The notes under the pieces: model-generated
Told to the model about the DNA's origin: nothing
Seen by the model: only the letters and a program-made list of their open reading frames with translations
Databases searched by the model: none
Translations under genes and position numbers: made by a program
Shown here: positions 37,686 to 49,599 of the stretch, piece after piece
How the letters are laid out: each line of letters opens with the position of its first letter
How positions within the stretch are numbered: the first letter of the stretch is position 1
NCBI GenBank assembly: GCA_053919585.1
Contig: CM132809.1
DNA: 64,000 nt
Origin: Euprymna scolopes
Lineage: Eukaryota
Reading direction: 5' to 3' (one strand)

Positions 37686-39248
37686 ATATATTAGCGCTCC
37701 AAACCCTAGCGACCTTACATTTAGACCCATTGTAGCAGGACCAGCCTGTCCGACAAGCAGACTTAGCAACTTAATAGACATCTTATTGCAACCTTTCACA
37801 GATCAAGTTAAGAGCTACATAAGGGACGACATCCATGTTCTCACTACCTTACCACATACAGTAGAAAACGGGACACTATTAGTTACATTTGACGTTAGTA
37901 GTTTATATAGTAATACACCCCATGAATTAGGAAAAGAAGCAATACTATTTTGGATCAACAGACACGCACAAACACTACATCCCAGATTCACAAAGCAATT
38001 CATTATCGATAGTATAGACATAATTCTAAATAATAATTCCTTCGAATTCAACAATACCAACTACATCCAAACACTAGGTACAACAATGGGAACGAAAATG
38101 GCACCGACTTACGCAACCCTTACATTAGCCTACCTAGAAGAAACCCTATATAAAAAATAGAACAAAAATTTGGCCACAGCACTAAAATACTGTTTGTAGA
38201 ATCATGGAAAATGTACTTAGATGACTGCTTCATCCTATGGAAACCCACATGGGGGACATCACAGACTTACACACCATACTCCAGAACCTACACCCAAAAA
38301 TTAAATTCACCATAGAACAAAGCTCTACAGAATTACCTTTCCTAGACATACTGATAAAGATTAAAGACAATAACATTATCACAGACATGTACCGAAAACC
38401 TACAGACACCCAACAATACCTACACTTTAAAAGTCACCACCCTAAAAACTGCATAAAATCAATTCCCTACACCCTAGCACGTAGAATCTGCACCATAATC
38501 ACGGACAATAACCTTCGAAAAATCCGACTCAAGGAACTACGAATAAATTTAAGAAAAAGAAAATACCCATCACAACTTATAGACAAAGGGATCCAACTTG
38601 CGACAAATATACCAGTAGAAGATTTGAGAACCCCTAAAGAACGAAACAAAGAACAAATCCTAACATACGTCTCCACACACAACACAAACAACCCTGAACT
38701 TTTCACAGAGATAACGAAAAACCTCGTCCTACTTAACCAAAACAGCAAACTAAACAATTTCCTTAAAACAACAAAAATAATAAAAAGCAAACGCCAACCC
38801 AAAAACCTAAAACGCATTCTTACCTCATCCAAACTCAATCAAGACGCAACAAAAGGAGTCACAAAATGCAACAAACAACGATGTGGAGTCTGCAACATAA
38901 TATTAGAGGGAAACACATACACATTTGCGAACCCCATACAAACATTCAAAATTTAAAAAAAACCTAGATTGCACCTCAAAAAACGTAATCTATGTTATAA
39001 AATGTCCAGCATGCGATAAATCCTACATAGGCGCTACAAAAAACCTTAGTAATAGAGTAGCCCTACACCGATCCAACATCAAAATCGCGGAAAATAGACA
39101 CCTACATGTATCACAACATATACACGCATGCAGTGGAGGCAGATTCGAGATAATGCCCATCTTCCAAACTGACAACTACTTCTACTTGCTAACTCAAGAA
39201 AAAAATTTCATAATAAAGTTTAATCCCGCCTTAAACGTCTCTCCATAA
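37686..39248 (+). pseudogene. PLE reverse transcriptase plus GIY-YIG endonuclease, 5'-truncated, three single-base frameshifts
   Basis: RPIVAG, FDVSSLYSN, GTTMGTKMAPTYA, YLDD (38214-38225), LPFLD, KCNKQRCGVC linker, NVIYVIKCPACDKSYIGAT..R..H. Confidence 0.92.
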
Positions 39249-39701
39249 TTATACACATAAATAGGCAAAACACAAAATACACTTACACGCATGCATGCTT
39301 GGGTAGGTGTGCACCCTCACACACGAAACAACAAAAAAGCACAATAAGGCACACGCACACTTTCGCGGGTGCGCGCGCCCATACCCAGTACAGTACCATT
39401 TCTCTTAACTAAACAAACAACTAGAAATTAAACGTATGTATGTATGTGTGCGCGCATGTGTGCGTGTGTATATGTGTATGTGCGTGGGTGTACACATATG
39501 ATTGTGAATGCGTGTGTGTAAAATTATATATCATCTGTTATCTATGCTACATCTTGTTTGTATATATACGTGCACTTATGTTTGGGTGACCGAATCCATG
39601 TATGCATATGTGCATGGATTGGAAAGGAAACTCCAACCAATATATACATAAGGTGGGATGTATGAATATGTATGTGTGTGTGGGATTGTGAATGTATGTG
39701 C

Positions 39702-39759
<58 letters not shown>

Positions 39760-40646
39760 GTGGATGAGTGTATACACATCCGTATGTATGTATGTATGTA
39801 TATATACATATGTATGCACATGTATGAGTGGGTAAATGTGTTCGTGTGAATATGGATATACGCGTATGTGTGAGCCCCTGCATATGTCTGTGTGTGTGCA
39901 TGTGTGTGTATGTGTATGTGCCTACACAGTATGTGGATGTTTGTGAGTGTATGTGCACATACATATATGTGTGTACATATATGTGTGTATGTGCGTGTAT
40001 GTGTGTGTATACATATCTTCTACCTATTATTCTCCATCTTACTTGTGTGTGTGTGTGTGGGTGCGTGTACATATGTCTGAATGATTAAGCGCATATATNN
40101 NNNNNNNNNNNNNNNNNNNNNNNNNNNNNNNNNNNNNNNNNNNNNNNNNNNNNNNNNNNNNNNNNNNNNNNNNNNNNNNNNNNNNNNNNNNNNNNNNNNN
40201 NNNNNNNNNNNNNNNNNNNNNNNNNNNNNNNNATGCGAGTGCGTGTGTGAGTGTGTAGGTTGGTATGTATGTGTGTATATATGTATGGTCCTACATATAT
40301 TTCTATGTATGTACGTGTGTGTATGTGTGTGTGCCTGTGTGCGTGTGCATGTGTACATGTACATGAATATATATGTATGCGTATGGGATTGTGTGTGAGT
40401 GTATGCTATACATGGGGAAAGAAAGTCTTTAAAAAAGAACCCTAAAGAAGCCATAAAAACCTTCACCATATGGACTAAAAAACACTCTTTGAAACTAACT
40501 TTGACCGGTCACAGTAAAACACTTACAGCTGGAGACAGAACGTCTAAACACTGAACACACGCATCGCACCACTATGAAAAACATATTTGATATCAGCGGA
40601 GGCATATCCACAAACTCCCATTTTAAAGAAAAACTTTTTACGAAAA

Positions 40647-40686
40647 TATCTGAAGAGAGCACACCCTAAGCTCGAAACGCGTTATA
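40647..40686 (+). ncRNA. Minimal type I hammerhead ribozyme (right PLE arm)
   Basis: tat-CTGAAGA-GAGC-acaccctaa-GCTC-GAAAC-GC-GTT-ata. Intact core, palindromic AACGCGTT stem III, predicted cleavage after 40683. Confidence 0.82.
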
Positions 40687-40758
40687 AAAATATTTTAAAA
40701 TAAAAATATGATGAAAACCTTTAAAAAAAACCCACAATTGTAGATGGCTACACTCTTT

Positions 40759-40830
<72 letters not shown>

Positions 40831-40884
40831 TGAAAAATAAAAATACCAGCGATAGTTGTGGTTATGTCGTCTTGCAAAAAAACC

Positions 40885-41065
40885 ACCGAATGAATTTATG
40901 AAATGATCAATGTTTCGTCCCTATTGCAGAGGACATCTTCAGGATATTAAAAGGAAAATGCAATGCTCTGTGATCGTTTTCTTCTGTTCCATTTTCCTTT
41001 TAATATCCTGAAGATGACCTCTGCAATAGAGACGAAAGATTTATCATTTCCTAAATTCATTCGGT
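40885..41065. repeat. Mini inverted repeat (76-bp arms), each arm carrying a hammerhead-like motif
   Basis: 40885-40960 versus 40990-41065. Minus arm reads atc-CTGAAGA-T-GTCC-tctgcaatag-GGAC-GAAAC-ATT-gat; the plus arm is more decayed. Confidence 0.8.
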
Positions 41066-41081
41066 TTTTCTTTTTTAAAAG

Positions 41082-41154
<73 letters not shown>

Positions 41155-41157
<3 letters not shown>

Positions 41158-42443
41158 ATAAAAACAGAGATGTGTGTGCCACAGACGATTTCTGATTGGT
41201 TAATCCAATAATCACATCTCCTAAAAAAGTATAGTTCTTACGCTCTTAACTTTACCATAAAATATTTTGGTCTTATTTATTGTCCATCTTAGAAGGGTTT
41301 AATTTTTTTCTAACTTGCGATTTACAACTTAAAAAAATACGAAACTAACTTACAATCTAACAATCGAATCTCAGACATCACGGCCGCCATTATGAAACTA
41401 AACCAAAAAAAAAAAAAAGCTCCTTCACTCGTGGTCTTTACATTTCGGGTTTGGGTACTTGTGCAGTTTTCCATTGACATTAAAAAATGGAAATATTAAA
41501 AAAAAATATATATATATATTGTACGTACTCGTCATGGGATAAAGTTTTCCTACAGAAAAAATCACGTAATTTCATCAAGTATTTATTTTTTTATAGCGAA
41601 AAAAGAAAAAAATCAACGCTACAAGCGAGTCATTATTAATTAAACAGAAAGTTCAAGTAGGGGGATTTCCCCCTTTTTTTTTTTAAGCGAGGCCAAATTT
41701 CGCGAATTTGGCCTTTTTTTAAAGCAGTTTGGCCTTCAAATTTCTGTTTAGCCTTTTTCTTCACCGATGAAATAAAAAAAGCAAATAAAAACAACGCAAT
41801 AAAACTTTTAAAAATACGGCACACCTTTGTTGTTCTTGTTTGTTTTTTTTGGTAATTTTCCTTATTTTTTTATTTTTTCAAGATAATACTATTAAATGGA
41901 CACTATTATGCCAAATTAGCCCAGCCCCCCCCCCAAAAAAAAATGCACAAAAATTCGAGATTTAAGGTTTTGACGAGATAATTTAGCGAATTGTCCGGAC
42001 TATTGCGAGAGAACCATCCATTAGTTTTTCCTGAAATTTTGCCACAAATTGTATTTCAATACATAGATGTGCATAGTAACTACATTTTTTAGCCGAAAAT
42101 TCCTGTTGCGTCCCCAGATTTCATCGGTGAAGAAAAAGGCCAAACAGAAATTTTGAAGGCCAAACTGCTTTAAAAAAAAGGCCAAATTCGCGAAATTTGG
42201 CCTCGCTATCAAACGATTTGACCTTTGAGAACTCTACCAAACTCCTCCTAAAATTTTGGGTCTAAACACGTGATATTTTAGATATAGATTCCTTGGACAT
42301 GGATCTAACTTATTACCTTTACTTGATCCCTAAACAATAAATGTTAAGAAGTCATAATAGGGGTCAAAGTTTAAAAAATTGACCGTTTTTTTTTCTCAGC
42401 ATTAACCTCAAAACACCTGGGCAACGCCGGGCACCGATTGCTA

Positions 42444-42444
<1 letters not shown>
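41155..42444 (+). mobile_element. Non-autonomous Helitron inserted in (TA)n
   Basis: 5' TC, 3' CCTGGGCAACGCCGGG hairpin followed by CTAG, A^T insertion site, no TSD. Confidence 0.75.
41686..42207. mobile_element. MITE-like insert with about 88-bp terminal inverted repeats nested in the Helitron
   Basis: AGCGAGGCCAAATTTCGCGAATTTGGCC...TCACCGATGAAAT (41686-41773) is inverted at 42118-42207. Confidence 0.8.
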
Positions 42445-42520
<76 letters not shown>

Positions 42521-42982
42521 CATGTCAGTATCAGATACATATATACTTCGTCATTTATTTTAAAAACCTAACAGTAATATTACTATAAGTTGATTTGAAT
42601 TTGTTAGGTTTGGAGGATTGCAATGAAAGTTTTGAAAAATGATCACCTTAAGCTAGCAGTATATTGTCTGCATTCCGCATGAACTAGACATTTTATAGTC
42701 GGCAATCTAGTATTGCTGTGGTAGTATACTTAAGTAGGTCCTTGGCATGTCGAGAATAAAAGTCAAATTATTGAGAGTTAATATTTATATAATAAAAATT
42801 TACAAAAAATACGTCCCCAAAATTAAGGGCGACTAGAATATAAACAAAACGATGATAACTCTTAGCTCTATGCTCACCTGAGGATCAGGGAGTGAAAACA
42901 AACAACACACCACTGAATCGATTATAAGAAAAAAACGAATAAATAAACACTCTTTCATTTAAAAACAATAAAAGCAGAATTG

Positions 42983-43050
42983 TGGAGATCTCGTGATCCG
43001 GTGGTACAATATAAGGCTACGTATCGCCTGGTTGTGAGTTCGAGTCTCAA
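42983..43050 (+). promoter_or_regulatory. tRNA-like Pol III head upstream of a hammerhead
   Basis: A-box-like TGATCCGGTGG (42994-43004) and B-box GAGTTCGAGTCTC (43036-43048), which forms a T-arm-like hairpin. Confidence 0.6.
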
Positions 43051-43051
43051 A

Positions 43052-43111
43052 TAGTTAGTTATACTGACGAGAAGTGATACTTCGAAACACGACATGTCTA
43101 CAGGTTAACTA
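43052..43111 (+). ncRNA. Type I hammerhead ribozyme with fully canonical core
   Basis: tagttag.tta.ta-CTGACGA-GAAG-tgata-CTTC-GAA-ACA-cgaca-TGT-C-ta.cagg.ttaacta. All three stems pair; GUC cleavage predicted after 43098. Confidence 0.88.
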
Positions 43112-43454
43112 ATTTAATGCAANNNNNNNNNNNNNNNNNNNNNNNNNNNNNNNNNNNNNNNNNNNNNNNNNNNNNNNNNNNNNNNNNNNNNNNNNNNNNN
43201 NNNNNNNNNNNNNNNNNNNNNNNNNNNNNNNNNNNNNNNNNNNNNNNNNNNNNNAGAAAGGTTTAGATCTGATGGAAGAATCATATTATATGTGAGTGGC
43301 ACTGTATAAGAGTTTGTGGGTATATTATTTAGTGGCATATATACATGAATCCGTGTCTTACTATCTATATACAAAAATACTGCTATTTAAATAAGTGATT
43401 GAAGTTTCCCCTGCATACACCACTATATACGAAATCAATTATAAATTGCTTGTT

Positions 43455-43530
43455 CCGCTTAGCTTAGTGGTAGGTAATCAATCTTTTGAGCCATGGGCTA
43501 TAAGATATCAAAGTTCGAAATTCAAGCAAA
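43455..43530 (+). mobile_element. tRNA-derived SINE head
   Basis: A-box TAGCTTAGTGG (43460-43470) and B-box-like GTTCGAAAT (43513-43521). Confidence 0.5.
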
Positions 43531-44106
43531 GTGGTCGTTAACAAAGGCTGTAAAAGCGGGCAGCGATCAAAAGTTTCTCAGCAAAGCAACAAGGCCCGCC
43601 ACAAGAGTTGAGAAAACACTTGATGATCGTATGTTACGTGAACAAGATCGACCTATTAATCGTATATATTTTTCATGTTATCTTGAACATTTGGTAGTGA
43701 GAACAGTTATATGCTTCTCTCCTTGAATATCAATTTAGCTGTGTGTGCGATTTTCGTATAATCGAACCATAATAGATCAGGTAAATGATGTTTATAAGAT
43801 ATTTAAGAAAGCTGATTAAATGTTAATAAATTAAAAAAATAAAAAGGTGCAAAATGTCTCATTGTTTATTCATTATTTTCCTACGTAATTTGCACAGGTA
43901 TTACTGCTCAAAATATATCAATATGAGGCTTTACTTCAGGATTGCACCATCTATCAATTTGTCTTTCTTTCTAGTTCTATCAATGGATCTACCTATTAAT
44001 ATATGCATATGTATGTCTGTGTATTCACCAGTATATTTGCCTATATTTCTCCACCCTTCTCTTTCTCACGCTCATTCTCCTTCTATATCTATCTATCTAT
44101 CTATAT

Positions 44107-44173
<67 letters not shown>

Positions 44174-45043
44174 GAAATTTTGAAGTTAAAAAATATTAAA
44201 ACATTAAAAAAAAACTTTCAACTGTGTACGGAATATATACAAAGTGTTAGTTAATCGAGAAAAAGTACGAATAAAACAAGAAACCCCTTATTTCATGAAG
44301 TTTCAGAGAATGTACTTTATGTCATTAGATCGAAGGGGTTAACAAAATATGCAATAAATTGTTCAGGTAAATGCATTAGTAGAAACTAATAAAGTGAAGT
44401 TAATCATATTTGCATAAACGTCATTTAAGAGTTTATACAGGCCAACATTTTAAAGGTACAACAAGAAACAGGCGAAAGGGAGAAAAAGGATATGGTAAAA
44501 GACGATTAATGATAAATTCCAGAATAGGAGACATATAGGGTGCATCTGTTAAAAATGTATTGGTAATCCATGGAAAAACAGGAATAATAATATAATCATG
44601 GATGGTAAAATTTAGAGTATCCTGAAAAGTCGTCAAGTTGTGGGGATATGAATAAATATTTTAGTGTGTGTATTTGTCTGCATTAGTTTATGTTTTTATA
44701 TATCGTAAACAGTATATAATATGTTGCCTCTAAAACTTATTAAATACACAGAACATTTTTTGTATTGCCATTCTCTAAACGTCAATTTAAATGTCTATTG
44801 CATTAGAAACCAGGAATACAGTAGTATGATATAGCTTTATTAGGTCACGATGTTGAATACGATGTTTGTTGGGTTTTTTTTCTTGTGGTTATGGCATTTG
44901 CCACCCCTTATGTTCTTGTTTATAATGTAATTTGATAATAAACATGTGTCGGATATACTGTACCCTATTGTGATAATAATTTTTAATGGGGGTCTATTGA
45001 ATATAAAATATATGAACACATGATTTATCAGCATAATTACTTA

Positions 45044-45505
45044 CTAGTGAGGACGGCGGCCGGCTTTGTCTTTTCGAAAAATACACCTAAATACAATATT
45101 TTAGTTTGCCCATATTTCCTAGATATTATTTTGAATCATGATTTTAAAAGTAAAAACGAATATCTGTGCATTAGCTAAAATTTGAACCGAAAGCAACTCC
45201 GCAGCATTTCAAAGCTGTTGACGTTACCACTGTTTAAAAGTGAGACGCATATGAAGTGAAAAATATTAAGAATTAAAAATAAACTGAACTAAATATACAA
45301 AATGTAAATCAATTATTTACATTTTGACCCGTTTTGCCGCTTTAATGCAACTATGTGACAAGCGCAAGGAATATAAAGGAAGATCCGTAAAAATCCAATA
45401 ATTTGTGACCCTAGCTGTGCTTGGCGACTATTAGTTTTGGAGAGATAAAAATATAGAGACAGAGAGACAGAAAAACAGACATGCATATACCTTTTATATA
45501 TTAGA
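45044..45505 (-). mobile_element. Non-autonomous Helitron-like element
   Basis: Minus strand starts TCTAATATATAAAAG, has (TCTG/TC)n, and ends with a GC-rich hairpin-like segment and CTAG-T. Confidence 0.5.
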
Positions 45506-45711
45506 TTTCCTAGCAGATTCAAAGGTGCGTATATGTTTGTTGAGAGAAAGAAACAGAAGCCGCTTCAGGTGGCCGATTAACCAGACAAAATGTAACTGGA
45601 TAGTTCTGGCAAGAATGTACTTCAGAGCAAGAAAGTGTAAACTCGTATTCTTCAATTATCCCGGTATAAAAAATACAAAATCATTTTATGTATGCATACA
45701 CGCAACCACTT

Positions 45712-45773
<62 letters not shown>

Positions 45774-46467
45774 CTACTTTTTATTTAAGGGAGGATCAGT
45801 TGTTTACCATGAAATACGGAGACAGGGATTAAGAAAAAAACAGTATATTAAATAATGGCTTCATCGCAGTGATGATCACACACCCCCTCACTTAATTTCA
45901 AAGAACAAAACTGTTTTTGTTTCTTTGTTTTTTTATATTCCTCGATATTATTTAGTAAGGATATTTTTAGCAGAAACGCCAACAAACGACTACCCGAACA
46001 AATAAATATACAAGAAATACATGTTACCATAGCAAATAAAAGTTCAGGTTATGTTTACTTTTTGTTTCGACATAGTTTTTTATTCCCTTTGATTGAAATA
46101 ATTTAAGCGAACCGAAATTAAAACGAAAGTTGAGGCGATAACTACTTAAATGAATTTTTATATGAACTACAAATGCCATAATCGAATATGCCTCAAGCAC
46201 AAGATAACGGAAACCATTAAAAAAATATATGTAAATATCCCTTACATTGACGGAACTCTATTAAATTGTTAAAACAGGATTATCTGGCGCCCCTCCTTCA
46301 AATTGAAAACGGGGATGTCCATTTCAAATCGCTACCATTTTGATTTTTTTAAAAACCGGTTTGTGGATTAAAAAAAACACTTTTAGAAACTACTTAAAAT
46401 ATAAACCAATGAACATTTCTACCATAAAAGTAACTTTTATTTACTGTAGTAACATTTATTTCTTGCA

Positions 46468-46518
<51 letters not shown>

Positions 46519-46763
46519 ACATTTTCTCTTTGTAAGGAAACATCATTTGTTGGTCACTCTTGGCTGCAGAATGGAAACAAAGTTGATATTTTCGCGAAAA
46601 TTATATAAACTCTCATAATATTTTGTCTTAGGGTAAAATTTTTGAGTATCAAAACCTATCTCTTTACAACCGCCTCCTTTTCATAACCTACCATATTTCA
46701 TCAATCACAGTCCATTTTCTGTCGGCTATCTTTGAAGCAAGTCAACGACGGGTCCTTCTGCTA

Positions 46764-46817
<54 letters not shown>

Positions 46818-49599
46818 CATTAGAAACAATCGATTACCTATTGACTATATAATGTTATAAACTGAATTCATTAAAAAATGTTAGGTAATACCTTCTTTTT
46901 CAGTTTTAAAAACAAGTATTTTACGTCTCCATGTGTAAGCTTAATGATATTAGTTATTGATCGCATTTTACTACAGTAATCCATATTTTTTCAAGATTTA
47001 CAATATGATTCACTTGCTATTTTTTAAATTTTCAGTCTTACACACATGTAATAACTATGTATGGCACGTGTCTGCGGTCATTTAATTATCTTCGCTTTCA
47101 TAGTGTTATACACTCTGTTTCAATTATTTCATTTTTACTTCTTTATTCGAGAAAGCAGTGCATTTGTAGCAACTGTCTTCGATAGGCGATGCGGTTGCTA
47201 TAGAAACTAGTCATAAAAAGCGCCGATCACATCCTAATATTTCTTTACGATTTTGAACACCAGAAAAGTCATCATAACTGTTGTTCAACTGTAGGAAAAT
47301 TCATTTTTCTCGCAATATGGCCGAGGAGTTGATTTGTAAACTGTAATAATTGTTTGAAATTTGGGCGAAAAAAGCTTTCAAGCAGTTCTTGATGACTAAA
47401 ACTGCCACTTAACAAAATATTCAAATACTAACGTGTTTGAATGATATTAATTTTAATATACCTGTAAACACTACTGTTTAGTATTTTCCTGAATCATCTG
47501 TGCAGTCAGGAGATTCGAAGCCGACCACAAATCCATTTCTGACTCCATTAAAACAAACGGCACGGCCAGCAAAAAACAAACGTCACAGCGAAACTTAACT
47601 GTTGAAATAAATATTTATGTTTAAATGTCGATATATCCGTCCATATTATTTAATGATTATAACATTATAATCTACCCATGCGAGCTTAAATATCCGACAT
47701 ATATTTCAACTTTAAAGGAATCGACAATAAGAAAAAATTACACAACACGTGAGAGGTTGTCTCTGTATATGTTGTGCTAACTATGGAATAGTAAGTGTAT
47801 TAATTACTTCAAAAATATGCGCGCTTGCGCGAACAATGGTAACATTGGCTAATATATGGAACACTACTTATTGGCGGAAAATTTACATGCGATATTCGTT
47901 TATGCATATCCAACACCTACAAAATCGTTACCCCCTCCAAAAAAAGATTAATTAGAAACCAGGGATAACTTTACCACATAATATATTTTTATATTTGTTT
48001 TAAAAAAATACAGTGCTTGCCTACTTAATTTTTAAATTTGTCTTACGTCACTTCCATTATAAACAATGAAGCTCAAAACTTAAAAACACTTATCACAAAA
48101 AAAATCGTAAAACACTTATCACAAAACAACGGTTATCTGTTCTCCCATCAATTGTTTCTCGAACGATAAATTGTACTCTCCGCATATAGGCACAGTAATC
48201 TACACAGCAAACTTTTTTACCACATTACTCACCACTCTTGTCCATTTTGTTACATCTACAAATTTGTCCCTTTATCATAATACTTACTGGAATGCTCCTA
48301 CCACTATCCCTACATATTTTCAATGTGCTAACCTTTTCCTCTCGTGTACTTTCTTTCGATTCTTATGTAGGTGTCGCTAGATATGCATAGTTAATAGATT
48401 AGCTAAAACGTTATCTTTTCTGATTATAATAAACTGTACTTTTTTAATTATCTAGGTAAAAAGAGCTTACCTCGTCTTTACCCATAATTGATGGAATCTC
48501 CCTACTAATCATACGATAAAATTCATATGCATTAATATATTGTCACTTTCTCTGTATCCTCTCTATCTCCATCTCCTTCTCCTTTTTTCTTCCTCACACT
48601 CTAAATACACACACAGACGCATATGTATATACTAAGTCATTTATTTTAAATTGGACAGAAGACCAGCAAAAAACAGTGTTACCCTCGGTGACAATCCTAA
48701 TATGAGGGGGCTTAGTTAATGGTAAATAAGGCTCTTGTCAGCTATGTTGTTTCTGTTTGAGAAAAATGCAGGATCACATATATTTTTTATAATGAAGTTC
48801 ATATTTCTTTAGCTACAGCTTATCTCTATATCTATATATTTTACGTTAATATCAATTTTCTACTTTTTCAATATTTTATTTAATGTAAACGTATGGTCAA
48901 ATTAATGTTGCCCTATTCTGCTCCTAATTGTCATGGTTTCCCGTTTTAATCTGTTATCCGTGGCTTGTCCAAGGGAGGTATTTTACCCATCTAATAATTC
49001 TTAAAACATTTCCCTTTATTTATTTTAGTTAAAGGGGGATAACACAGGAATCTTTACTTTTCTATTATATAATATTTTATATCTNNNNNNNNNNNNNNNN
49101 NNNNNNNNNNNNNNNNNNNNNNNNNNNNNNNNNNNNNNNNNNNNNNNNNNNNNNNNNNNNNNNNNNNNNNNNNNNNNNNNNNNNNNNNNNNNNNNNNNNN
49201 NNNNNNNNNNNNNNATACACATGTATATATTATACGATTAAAATTTGATTAACCAATCAGTATCTCATATGATGTTATTTTTTATCTTTGGTTACAGCGT
49301 ATCTTATATCAGTTTCCACGGGATCTTATAAAAGCTATTTTAATTTCATTTACTGACTTATAATGTATAGNNNNNNNNNNNNNNNNNNNNNNNNNNNNNN
49401 NNNNNNNNNNNNNNNNNNNNNNNNNNNNNNNNNNNNNNNNNNNNNNNNNNNNNNNNNNNNNNNNNNNNNNNNNNNNNNNNNNNNNNNNNNNNNNNNNNTA
49501 TGTAGCCGTAACAATCCCTATATTTTCAGTAAGATTGCCGAAATATCTGCTTTAACTTTTACTATATTATTGGGTGCATTTAGCATACATTTGACGGAT

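Larger units (their letters stand above)
35563..40766 (+). mobile_element. Young Penelope-like element (Neptune-type) forming a palindrome of 2.1-kb arms
   Basis: 35580-37685 is the near-identical reverse complement of 38612-40766. The spacer and right arm encode a 5'-truncated RT, a Cys linker and GIY-YIG. Flanked by (TA)n. Confidence 0.95.

Noticed and set aside
37459-37799. N-terminal extensions of ORFs 37459..38160 (+) and 37050..37799 (-)
   Set aside because: They are antisense read-through across the inversion junction at 37685.
42876-42902. CTGAGGA...GAAAAC motif
   Set aside because: No stem II or III and no cleavage triplet.
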